Shown one piece after another: positions 49,282-64,000 of a DNA stretch of 64,000 nucleotides. The notes under the pieces are model-generated. The model saw nothing but the letters and a program-made list of their open reading frames with translations. It did not search any database and was not told where the DNA came from. The translations under genes and the position numbers were made by a program. The DNA is taken from assembly GCF_009914755.1 (NCBI RefSeq), contig NC_060926.1. The stretch is one strand, 5' to 3'. Source of the stretch: the human T2T-CHM13v2.0 reference genome, Homo sapiens. The number at the start of each line of letters is the position of its first letter. Position 1 is the stretch's first letter.

Positions 49282-50430
49282 TTTTTTAATTATCACACTG
49301 TAATTGTACATATTTATGGGATACAATTTGATGTTTCAATACTCATATATGTTACATAATTATCCAATTCGGGTAGTTAGCATATCCATTACCTCATGCA
49401 ATTATCATTTCTTTGTGGTGAGAACATTCAAAGGCTTCTCATTCTCATAGCTATTCTGTAATACACGGTACCACCACAGTCACCCTACTGTGCAAGAAAA
49501 CAGCAGAACTTACTTCTCCTATCTAACTGTAACTCTGTACCTGTTGACCAACCTCTCCCTATCCATCTTCTCCCATCCTGGTAACCACTGTTCTACTCTC
49601 TGCTTTTATAATACCAACTTTTTAAGATTACACATATAAGTGGGATCATGCAGTATTTGTCTTTCTGTGCCTGGCTTATTTCACTTAACACGATGTCCTC
49701 TTCCAGGTTCATCCATGTTGTTGCAAATGCGCCAGGCACGGTGGCTCACACCTGTAATCCCAGTGCTTTGAGAGGCCGAGGCCGAGGCCGAGGCAGGAGG
49801 ATGGCTTGAGGTCAAGAGTTCAAGACCATGTTGTCGCAAATGATAGGATTTCATTCTTTCGTATAGTTGAATAGTGTTCTGTTGTATATATCTCACATTT
49901 TCCTTATTTATCTCTTGTTGGACACTTAGGTCGATTCCGTATCTTGGCTATTGTAAATAGTGATGCAATAAATACAGGAACGCAGGTATCTCTTCAACAT
50001 ACTGATTTCATTTCCTTCGAATATATACCCAGTAGCGGGACGGCAGGATCATGCAGCAGCTACATTTTCAGTTTTTTGAAGACCCTCCATACTGTCCTCC
50101 ATAGTGGCAATATTAACTTACAATCCTACCAAGTGTGAGTGTTCCCTTTTCTGCATATCCTCACCAACACGTTTTTCCTTTGTCTTTTCAATAATAGCCA
50201 TTCTAAGAAAAACATTAATTAAATAAACAAGTAATAGCCATTCTAACTGGAGTGCGGTATTTCCTTGTGGTTTTGATGTGCCTTTCCCTGATGATTAGTG
50301 ATGCTGGGCATGTTTGATGTACCTGTTAGCCATCTGTATGTCTTCTTCTGAAAAATGCCTATTAATGTCTTTTGCTCATTTTTCAATCCAGTTATTAGAT
50401 TTTTTTGCTCTTGAGCTATTTAAGTTCCTT
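49282..50430 (-). mobile_element. L1MA-like 3' end
   Basis: TAATTGTACATATTTATGGG...TGTCTTTCTGTGCCTGGCTTATTTCACTTAACA. Confidence 0.85.
49730..49828 (+). mobile_element. 3'-truncated tailless Alu
   Basis: Alu 5' portion flanked by a 17-bp direct repeat. Confidence 0.8.
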
Positions 50431-53400
50431 ATTATCCCACTCACTTGAAGTGCTTCAGAGACCCTGGGAGAGAGGGCAGCAATGTTGTGTGTTCTTTCTC
50501 TGCACAGTCTCTTTCCCACATGCTAACATCTCCGGGCTCTTTGTTCTCCCAGAGCTGGCTGAACTTGTTACAAGAGGTTGGAGACTGTATCAAAGTGAAC
50601 ACTGTATAACTTTATTTCCTTTCCAGAGTAGCAATATCACTTCCGCAAGCAGAAGTTTGGAAACATCTCATAATCCTGAATTCTGCCATGCTATGCTCTA
50701 ACCTGAGGAAAAGATGGGCACCTCCCTAGTAGTGCTCAGAGCCCAGGAGCTAACAATGGCAGCCACATCTGTGCCCGCCCTTTCTGGCCACCAGAGAAGT
50801 TAGTGTGATGATCCATCCCCCTCAAAAGAGGGAGCTACAAAAAAAGACTGGAGGAAACAATTGTGTTTCCCACCCACACCCCTCCAGCTTTCCATAATGG
50901 TCAGACTGCCAGGTAAACAGGAAGCTGAGAAGAGACAGGGGTTGTTCCTGTTCCAGGCAATCAGTCCGAAATGCTGGGCCTCTACTCCCACCCAACTTTT
51001 AAGAAAAAAGTGGGATCCATCATCCATGCATACAGTCACCCATCCATTCATCCTACAAATGTTTCCTGAACAAATATGCTGGGTACTATCACAGGTAAAT
51101 ACCTGCCCTCATAGAACAGGCAATTTAGCAATGAAAAAAATAAATTGGTATATTGTAAGAGAAAGTGAGAAGGAACTATGGAGAGAAATAAACCTGGAGA
51201 TGTGAAGAGAGGGAGAGAAAAAGAGAGAGAGAGCATGTATATGCATGTATGTAAGCAGGAGGGCCGATTTTAATCCTCAAGGAAACAAAAGCTGATAGTA
51301 TTTCTGAAGTTAGGCAATTAAGATTACTTCAACCACCAGATCTCCTCTGTCTAAACTCCTACTAATACAAATTCAGCATCACAATAAAGGAAAAGAGATG
51401 TTTATTGATTACTGCTCTCTTACATTTTACTTCCAATCCCCCTTAGGCCACCACTGCTTGCTTCCCTCCAAACAAAAGTCTACAACCTGCCAGAATGTGT
51501 ATCACTGTAGCCCTCATTCTTTTCATAAACTCAATCTAGGTTTTAAACTCTTAAATTGCTAACAATCTGCCACATTAGAATTGCACATTTTCCAAAAACC
51601 GCCACCACCACAGAGCTGCCCTGTGTCCCATGGGTCTTGACTTTACCACAATCCTAAGTGGTCCCATGAAGACCAGCCCCCCACAGCACACGTGGCAGGT
51701 CAGCGCTGCTTCATCGGCATTGGCTTCCCAGCTAAATGCTCAAAGGTAAAGTGTCTGGCTGCACATGTCATCCTTTTCAAAATCAACAGGGTCTCCAAGA
51801 AATACATCAAGTGTCCTCTTTTTGTAGACTTTTCCCTCTTTATGGTCGATCTTGTTGCATTTAAGCATAAGAAAATTCTGCACATTCACAGTAAGTCCAA
51901 ACCGAAGTAAATATCAAGGAATGCCAGAGCCACAGGTATAATAATAATATGGGACCTGCTTGATTTTGGAATGAAACAGGGAGGGAATTCACTGAGTTCA
52001 TCACAGAGACTCTGGACAACAGAGTCAGAAACCCTCTGGACAGGAAGCGGGCTTGAAGCCAGGCATCCTATGGCCAGCTCTGCCCTCCGTGTCTGGAACC
52101 ATCTCACCCACTAACTAGATGGTGAATCGGCTGAAGGTAGCCGGCCCTCACCGCCTGCTCTCGGGCCTCTTTCCAGAGCAGCGAGCAGAGTATCCTACAT
52201 ATGTGCACGGAACTCAGTGAATGAATGAGCGTTTACGGGACAAACTGTCCTTATGTTTCTCACTTCACAAATCTTCAGGCCTTGTCCTCACTCTCTACTA
52301 AATGAAACATTTATAGACCAGGAACCCTGCTAAATGCACCATAAATAAAGATACACTGCCCTCAAAGAAAGGGAGGGACGACAAATTCCTGCCTCTTCGC
52401 CTCTTCCCAGGGCACCACCCACCTCCATTTCCTGAGAGCCTGGGCACTAAGCACCAGGGTGCGTCACGGGGCCCAACAAGGCCACTGTGGCCCCTGCCTC
52501 CTGCACAACTCCCTCCCCCAAAGCTCAAAACAGCTCCTGGAGCAGGCCCACGTGCTGCCCAAGTTGCCCAAGTTGAGTCCTTGTTGCCACTCAACAGGAC
52601 CACTGGTTACCAAAGCACCGCCTCCGTCCAGAATCCTAACTACACTCTGCCCCTTCCATGGGGAACCCTCAGCTGCCTACAGCTCCCTCCATGCAGCAAC
52701 CTGCCAACTCCCACCCACTCACCCGGTCTCAGTGTAAGTCTGCACTCCTCTAACAAACCCAACCGCCAGCTTTCTCAGAAGCTAAAGTCCAGCAAAATCC
52801 AGTTCCTTTGCACTTGGTTCTGCGGTTTCCAGGCGTGTTAGTACATCTCCTACCAGACTCAACCTCAAAAAGGCCTTCCCTAGACTGGTCTGAGAGCAGA
52901 AAGAGCCGCCAACCACTAACCCGGGGACCTAACCTAGGTCCTTTGACCTCTCTCTGGCCTCTGTCTTCTCCTCAGTAGAACAGGAACAAGACAGGAGATC
53001 TAAGCTCTCTTTTATTCCGATTCCAAAATTGGAAAGAAAAATATAGGCCCCCTAGATACAAATGAAAAAGTCTAATTGTTCCTTCACTGACCTTTAAACA
53101 GGTGTCCTAGCTACTGCAAGTTGGCGTCAATTTCAAAGAGCTTTGGAACAAAACTTTTAGAAAAAAAATGCTTTGTTTTATCATCAACTTTACGAGCCTG
53201 GGTTTTTTTTCCTATCATTCCTTGTAAGACACTGAAAGAGAGGAAAAAACTGATCTGTTCAATTTCTCTACTGAGATCACGAGCTTGGGATTCGCCCACC
53301 CTCAGTTTCCCCTCCGGGCGTGGAGACAGTTCCCGCTCACCGCGGCCTCCAAGAGCTGCGCCCCGCGCGCATCGCCGCGCGCCCCCAGCCACGACACCAC

Positions 53401-53825
53401 CTGGAGCCTCCGGCGCCTCCAGATGGCCGAGTCCGGGCTGGCTCGGCGCACCCCGCTGTCACCTGGCCCCACACAGCAGCCTCGCTGCTCCAGGGCGGCC
53501 CCGAGCCCTCCGGCCCCGCTCCACCCGGCGTTTCTCCTTCGATTCCCAAGTCGAGTCCGGCCTCCAGCTCACCGGGCCAGGCGGCGAAGACACCTGCCTC
53601 GCCCGGAAAACGCACGCGCCCGGGAGCCCCCTCTACCACCACCTCGACGGGAGCCCGCGGGAGAAACGCAGAAAAAAGGAAAACAAGCCCGCGGCAGGGC
53701 CGTCCGGGCCCCGCGTCTCCCAAGAAATCGCCTCTGGCGACGCAGCCCGGGACTGGGGGCCGCGGGCCCGGCGGGGTGCGAGGCCCCGGGCCCGGCCGCC
53801 GCGCCCGCCCCGGCGAGCCCCTTAC

Positions 53826-53952
53826 CGGTGAGGCGGCCGCCCCCCTCGCCGTGCCCGCGGCGCCGCTGCAGGATGAAGTAGCAGCTGCTCTTCTGGGTCA
53901 CCCAGAGCTTCAGCGCGTTCTTCAGCAGCACCTCCTCGGGCTTGAGCCACAT
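53826..53952 (-). CDS. TBC1D8: TBC1 domain family member 8 (Rab-GAP), coding exon 1 (127 nt, phase 1)
   Basis: Recognised N-terminus [43 protein letters not shown]; ATG context GCCGCGATG; donor CCG|GTAAG at 53826/53825. Confidence 0.95.
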
Positions 53953-54140
53953 CGCGGCGGTCCGGCCGCGCCCGCCGGCCCCAGCTCACATCTCCCCGGC
54001 CGCCGGTCGCTGTGAGCCGAGCCCGCTCGAGAGGCGACGGCGGCGCGCGGGGACCACAGCCCGGCCGGTGCCCAGCGCTCTGAGAGCCCGCGGAGCGCAG
54101 CAGGCGCAGCTAGCCCCGCGCACCCAGCGCGGCCCTCACG

Positions 54141-54193
54141 TGGCCCCGCCCCGCACCCGCCCCTGGCCCCGCCCCGCACCCGCCCCTGGCCCC
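54141..54193. repeat. 23-bp perfect tandem repeat (2.3 copies)
   Basis: TGGCCCCGCCCCGCACCCGCCCC twice, then TGGCCCC. Confidence 0.9.
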
Positions 54194-55719
54194 TCTCCAG
54201 CCGCCGGCCCCGCCCCCGACCGCCCCTACCCCGCGGCTCCCGCGGCGCCTCCCGGGTTTCCGCGTCCAAGGCGCTCCGGCGCGCAGTTCCGGAGTGGAGG
54301 GAGGAAGTCCAATCCTGCGCCAGGCTCCCTCCCTCCCGCCTCTCCGCGCTCTCAGGGGGAACTCGGGAGAGCTGCCGTCCCTGACCTCGACCTGAGACGT
54401 GGAGGAGGGACAGGGAAAAAGCCTTCTTCTCGCAGCTGCAGGTTGCCCCACCGAGGGCATTTTTCCGCACCGAGGGGGCGGGGGGCAGAATGCACGCCAG
54501 AAAACCTAAGTGCGCTGGGTTTAAAATAGCAACAACAACAAAAATTACAAATAACCAAAAAACAGCATAAGAATTAAAAACAGTTATATTCCAATGTTTT
54601 TAATACTTGGTTCACATTTTGGATGCTCTCCCCAGGGATCCGACGGCGCTGCGGAGGCGGCAGCGATGTTTGGGATCCTAAAGAAAGCATCAGACCAGAC
54701 TCAGGTCTGGACGTCCCTCAAGTGGCCCGGAGGTACCGATATTAGTGTCACCGCCGTCAGTGCCCTGCCCAGAAATAAAACCTTTGTTCTGAGAGAAATT
54801 GAAAAGCTGGAAAATATGGAGTAGGCGATGTGAAGAGAAACTACAGGGAATGTAGAGGTCGGGTTTTAAATGCGTATTTCCTCAAGGATGTTGTGGAAGC
54901 AGAGACAAGGTGGCTGGCCTGGAGCAGGCTGGAGGACCTCCAAGGATCTCCACAGGGAGGCAGTTACATTTAACACCCTACCTAGCAAAAGAAGAAAAGA
55001 ACAACCCCATGAAAACATCCCTGGGGTTTTAACAAAGGAATCCCTGACAAAACGTGACTGATAACTAGGACAGAACTGAAAAGTGGAAGTAAAGTCAATC
55101 CCGACCCCCCAGGACGCCTGGGAACTCAGGGAAGCGCCTCCAGAAGGGAACAGCTCAGAAACCCTGACCAGACCTGGCGGACAAGAACCGTGTGGGCGGG
55201 GGACAGGAACGCCCACCCAGAGGCCGGGAGAGCATGGTCCAGGACTGGCAGCCACTAACAGCCTCTGAATGAAACTGAGGAAGGAAGTCAATGGTAATCG
55301 GGACCATTAGGGTGCACCAGGGCATATAGAACAGTCGGGGACGGTAAGAAAACATTCCTTCCAGAGACATTCACTGGCACCTCCCGCGCAGACACACTGC
55401 CAGGCCCGGGAATCGCAGAGATGAACTGGGAGACTTGTCTGCCCTGGAGAACTCACAGGTAGGAAAATGAGGCAGAAAAGAGCCGTAGGCTTCCTAACAG
55501 GAGCCCACGCAGGGGGGCAGTGAGCAGAGAGCAATGCGCAGACCGCGTGGTCAGTTCTTGGGGGGAGGGAATTGAGAAAGTCCCACAGAACAGCTGTTGC
55601 TAGATCAGTACTTGAATATGAGTTTGACAGGAGGTCAAGTAGGGGAGGTCATGTCTGGTAAATGGATGAGCACAGATGACCTTGTGGTTTAGAGCAGCCT
55701 CTGGTGGCTGACAGCCCCA

Positions 55720-55915
55720 AATGGAATCCTGCAACTGCTGCTAATTAGCTGTGTGATCTTGACCTTGGGCAAGATACCAATCTCAATGAGCCTCAGTTTA
55801 CTCAACTATAAAATTAGGATAATCGTAGTGCCTCCCTTGTAGGAACTATCAAGAGCATACTGTAGTAAGTACTTAGAACACAAAGTAAGTACTCAGTGAA
55901 CATCAGCCATTATTA
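55720..55915 (+). mobile_element. MIR
   Basis: TAGCTGTGTGA...CTTGGGCAAG...GAGCCTCAGTTT...TATAAAAT. Confidence 0.7.
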
Positions 55916-56308
55916 TTAAATGTTCAAAAACTTCTGAAAGGGTTCACACACGCTCACCCATGTTTTAAACATTATTCAGCTCTGATCTGCCAAATATTAA
56001 ATATGAAAGAAGCACGGAGAGGGATATGAAAGTCATTGGGAAGGCATGGGAGGGTACTATGAGGTACTGTGTTTCTATTATCTCTCTCCCACCTCCGAAG
56101 CTCCTGCCTGTGCCATTACCCAAGTCAAACAGAAGCCAATAGGAGGCAAGGGGTCACAGGCTGCAGTCTGCGGCAGTCAGCCTCCCAGACACACAACAAG
56201 GTGGAGGAGGGTGAAGAGGGGATCTGGAGGAGCGGGTGGAGAAAATCCGGCAGAGCCCTACCCACTTCCCGCTGTTGCTCATCTCTACGTTCTCATCACC
56301 CTTGATGG

Positions 56309-56708
56309 TGTTACAGGTTGACTTATGTCTCCCCAAATTCATATGTTGAGGTCCTAACTCCCAGCAACTCAGAATGTGACCTTATCTGAAAAAAGGATGA
56401 TTACAGATGTAATTAGTTAAGATCAGGTTATTAGGGTGGCCCCTAATCCATAATGACTGGTGTCCTTATAAAAAGAGGAAATTTGGGAAGACAAATCCAC
56501 AGGGAGAACACCATGAGAAGATTAGAGTTGTGCTGCTACAAGCCAAAGAACTGCCAGAAGCCGGGAGAGGGGCCTGAAATAGATCCTTCCCTGCCGACAA
56601 CCTTGATCTCAGATGTCTAGCTCCCAGAACTGGGAGATAATACATTTCTGTTGTTTAAGCTACCTCCCTTCTCGTACTTTGTTACAGCTGTCCTAGCAAA
56701 TTAATCCA
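56309..56708 (+). mobile_element. MLT1B-like LTR
   Basis: CCCCAAATTCATATGTTGAGGTCCTAAC...TTTGTTACAGC. Confidence 0.85.
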
Positions 56709-56829
56709 GTTGCCTCTGTAATCCTGCCCACAGCTGTTGAGCAGCAAATCTCTTCAACCTTTCGGAGATGGACTGCATTTCCTACCAAGACCCTGGCTGA
56801 TAGCAGAGTGACCCCAGGAAACACAGTTC

Positions 56830-58110
56830 CTCAATTGTGGGATTCTGGCTGGGTTACCCACAGATTCGTGCGTGCATAGCGAACAAAAGGGATGCTAGTA
56901 ACCCGTGGCATGGAGGGGCAGCAGGATTACTCCAGTTAGCACTGGGAATAGTGTGAGGGGCATATGGACCACAAAGCTTTGGGGGCTTTTGCTGCTGTTG
57001 CTCTTGATTGCTATGGCAACAGTAATAATTATAAAGATTGTAGAGTGAAATGGATGTTTCTGACTGCCCTGGAGAGTTTTTAAACAATGGAAGAGATAAA
57101 CATGAAGTATTAAATTCTTATTTTAAGGTACAGATATGCTGAAATCCAAAGAACCATTTATCTGGGATAGGCACAGGACAGAATAAGTTCATCTTCAGAT
57201 ACTAAATATAATTGTACAGATTACAGAATTGTGGCAAAGGTTAAGTGCTCAACCTCAGCAAGTTCTCTTGCTAAGATTAGGACACTGATTGGGAAGGAGT
57301 AGGACCATAGACTTGTGATAGGAACATTTGGACAGACACAGACAAAGCCGAATTCCCAAATCTCAAGGCTCCCTTGTATACAGAAGCAGCCCCGCCTCCC
57401 CTGTGCAAGGAAATTAGCCTTCACATACACTAAGAGCTTTCAAGACTTCACTGGGGCCTCTGCCTCCCACATGGATGCCTGTTCTCCTCCAAACTTGCCC
57501 CTGATGCACCTCATTGACTCCAGGAGCATAACAAGAATAAACTCTCTACAGAGCCCAGAAGGAGAAATGCAAGGTCAGCCAGAGAAGAGGAGGATGGAAA
57601 TAGATTATATACCACGAAAGCTGGAAAATCTTGCCAATATGTGTTGCAGAGAAGCTGAGAACTGTGTATGGGAATGGATTCTAAAGTGTTAGACTAAGGA
57701 GGATGAAATACTAGGTTAGGCCAGGCATGGTGGCTCACACCTATATTCCCAGCACTTTGGAAGGCAGAGACAGGAGGATAGCTTGAGGCCAGGAGTTCAG
57801 GACCAGCCTCGGCAACGCGGTGAGACACCGTCTCTACAAAAAATGTAAAAATTAGCCACGTGTGGTGGTGCACGCGTGCCTCTGGTCCCAGCTGCTCAAA
57901 GGCTGAGGTGGGAGGATCATTTGAACCTAGGAGGTCAAGGCTGCAGAGACCTATAATGGCACCATTGCACTTCAGCCTGGTGACAGAGCAAGACCCTGTC
58001 TCGAATAAAATATAAAGTAAGATTCAGCAAAATTTATGAATATGCATACATTCCCCTGGGATTTATGATTTAGTGTGTTATATATTGGAGTGATTAAAAT
58101 GTTTTAGACA
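56830..58110 (+). mobile_element. ERVL-class internal (gag) relic interrupted by an Alu
   Basis: ORF 57315-57692 ends DYIPRKLENLANMCCREAENCVWEWILK, resembling the ERVL gag VWEWILRV motif region. Confidence 0.7.
57718..58010 (+). mobile_element. Alu (AluJ-like)
   Basis: Diverged dimer. Confidence 0.9.
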
Positions 58111-58121
58111 ACGTGGTGATG

Positions 58122-58773
<652 letters not shown>

Positions 58774-59151
58774 CCACGCTGAATAGTTTAAAAGGTAATT
58801 TGTGGAAAACAGATCATAATGCACATGACTCTTGTCCAAAGCAATGCAAATAAACTTTGGTCCATAAAGACATCCTATAGAATATTAATTAGTTTTGCAT
58901 CCACTAGCAAATTTACTGGGCATTCCTCACTAATATCCATGTCTATACCTATATATCTGTTCTTTGAATTCTCCTTTGAACTAATCTTAACGTCTTACTG
59001 ATTCCCTCATTAATGAATGAGTCGAATAAAATCTTTGATCCATGTTCATTTTATATTTACAATGAGAATCATGCTTTTAACTTTTTGGAAATTATTCTTT
59101 AGCAGTAGAAGACAGGGAACAGGACTGGTAGGGTGTTGAAAATATTTTGTT

Positions 59152-59653
<502 letters not shown>

Positions 59654-59657
59654 TCAA

Positions 59658-59990
<333 letters not shown>

Positions 59991-60689
59991 CTATCCAGGA
60001 TACAAATACCCCACTAAACATACTCTCTGGCCCCAAGAAAAGATACTAGGCCCTTAGACCTTGGCAAAACCTTGAGAAATAGACCCAACCTCTAGGACAC
60101 CTCTCTCCTCTGAGAGCACCCAAAGCGCAGTGACATCTCCCTGATGTGGTCCCCCTCACGTGCTGACTGGCAGTCTGAGAAAGGTCACAGAAAGATGAGC
60201 ACACCGCATGTCCTGCCGTGGGATGGCAAGCATTCAGAGATGAAAGCACACCACTCATTCAACACTTCACTGCCAGCATTTGCTTGTAGTTAATCTGAAC
60301 TCAGCTGGCAGGTGACTGGCCGAACTCATCATTGGTTTGGCGAGAAGTACCAAAAATCCCTTGTTGTACAGGTGAAGGAAACTGCACACACAAAGCCTAT
60401 CCATGTGACGATTACTTCCACTTGGGGGTGAGAGGTGGTGCTGGGCCGGGACTTCTTTTCCTAGATCCAGGACCTGGCTCCTAGGTCTCTGTCCTAGCAG
60501 CCCAGCCTGCCCATGTCAGCCGTTCCAGACAGCAATCACCAGCCCCTTGCCCTTCCCTTCATACACGCAGAGGAGGAAGAAGGAAAAGGAGAGAGAAATG
60601 GGGAAGAAAAACTGAATATTCTGAAATGTTAGACCCAATATAAAAAAGCAACGGTAAGGCATTTCTGGTTTTCCTTCATAATTAATACT

Positions 60690-60999
<310 letters not shown>

Positions 61000-61550
61000 C
61001 ATAATACTCTTTAGTTCTTAATAGAATTGTCACTTATGTTACCTACAAGCTTCTGTTAGTGTCCAGATACCTACTAAATGTAGTTGTTTTTTGGTTTTTC
61101 ATTGATTTAGTTTTTTAATCTTTAAAATAATTTTTAAAATGTATGCTTTTGATATTATTGATTTCCTTTTGAAAACTGCTATCACATTTTCCTCGTTGAC
61201 TTTTGGCTCACATTTCTAGCTCGATTCCTTGTCTGAAGCATGATTTTGTATTTCCTCTTATAACATGAATGCTGTGAAGGACAGATCATTGGCCCAGGCT
61301 GCAGCTTCTCTCCCACTTCTGACAGCTCAGTTGTAAGGTAACAGGCAATGAAGGAGCCCTCTGTGTGTGCTCACACCTTTTGCCACAGTGCCTTCCACCC
61401 AATGGGCGCAAAGCACACTCAAAATCAGTCACAAGAAGCCCAGAAATAAGCTAACAAGTTTCAAGGGATTTGCAAAGTCAAGAAACAGCCATTGAATATG
61501 TTCAACAGACTAGCACTGTGAGAAATTCCTGGGATTCAAAAAAAATTGTA

Positions 61551-62460
<910 letters not shown>

Positions 62461-62851
62461 ACCTCTGGGTTATTCTAACCCTGGCCCTGGGTATAACTGT
62501 GACATATCTCACCTCTGTCTGCAATTCTGAAATTGCTTTTGTATCCTGCAGACTGAAGGACCTTCCCCAGCATTCTTCCAAGCACAGTGAGAGGCAAGCA
62601 CCCCAGGAAAGGATGATAGCAACTCAGAAATAATGACCTCTCCACATTGAATCTCTATTGCAAACAAATATTAGTTAGTTTGGTTATGTGTAACCACTAG
62701 ATTCTTTTTGCTAAATGTCGGTAGCTACTAGTGGTTTGAAATAAGCGAGGGTGTAGATATGCCTTTCATCACCACCGTGTACTCAAAAGAGTTAATTTGT
62801 TAAAATGGAAGCAAGTCTCTTAAATTTTGCAGCACACTCAAGCATGTATTA

Positions 62852-63160
<309 letters not shown>

Positions 63161-63471
63161 TGTACCCCATAAATATATACACCTACTATGTACCCATAAA
63201 AATTTAAAAAAATTAAAACTCATTTATTAGAAAGAGAGCCCAAGATAACCCTATATCCTGTTCTGTAAGCTCCTGAAGTCTCAAGTCTTTGACCACAACT
63301 TGCATTAAATGTTTACTCAAAGTAAAAATGTGACTATATCCTAGAAGTAACTTCATAGTTGGCACCAGGCAACCAGAATGCTTTGAGTCAGAAGCTGGAC
63401 ATGGGCCCATTTAGGTCAAGCCTCAAATGCCATTCTAGGAGGGGGAGGGACAAACGCCTTGCTACCAACCA

Positions 63472-64000
<529 letters not shown>

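Larger units (their letters stand above)
53320..54500. promoter_or_regulatory. CpG island / TBC1D8 promoter
   Basis: Very high GC and CpG density; GC boxes 54141-54230; E-box CACGTG 54137-54142; GGAAGT 54303-54308; CCAAT 54309-54313. Confidence 0.93.
54300..58100 (+). ncRNA. Possible divergent lncRNA from the bidirectional promoter (TBC1D8-AS1-like); boundaries not determinable
   Basis: From recall of the locus plus + strand donors ACG|GTAAGA (55344) and CAG|GTAGGA (55459); not provable from sequence. Confidence 0.3.

Noticed and set aside
53569-53825. Extension of the TBC1D8 ORF to 127 aa
   Set aside because: Read-through past the canonical GTAAG donor into intron 1; no support for a real product
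53121-54529. Several 180-236 aa overlapping ORFs in the CpG island
   Set aside because: Expected from stop-codon scarcity in GC-rich DNA; low-complexity Pro/Arg/Gly/Ala content

Overview
Primate (very likely human) genomic DNA containing the 5' end of TBC1D8 on the minus strand. Coding exon 1 (53826-53952, [43 protein letters not shown]) lies in a CpG-island promoter. About 54 kb of intron 1 lies to its left and about 10 kb of upstream DNA to its right. I did not find exon 2 in the window. The rest is mostly interspersed repeats: more than 40 Alus, a 5'-truncated L1PA nested in a fragmented old L1M, MaLR/ERVL LTRs, an ERVL gag relic, DNA transposons, MIR and L2. Almost all ORF-track entries are repeat-derived or chance ORFs. 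I see no clear evidence of a wholly new biological system. The best leads are: (1) a candidate alternative first coding exon with matching splice phase behind a perfect MEF2 site (12537-12751); (2) an in-frame ATG-TGA start-stop element in the 5'UTR; (3) a complex local inverted duplication with templated junction scars (20978-21108 / 25938-26142); (4) a zero-spacer nested inverted Alu pair; (5) a tailless Alu with a 17-bp TSD; (6) a 23-bp GC-box tandem repeat in the promoter. Repeat subfamily names and boundaries were assigned by eye and are approximate.
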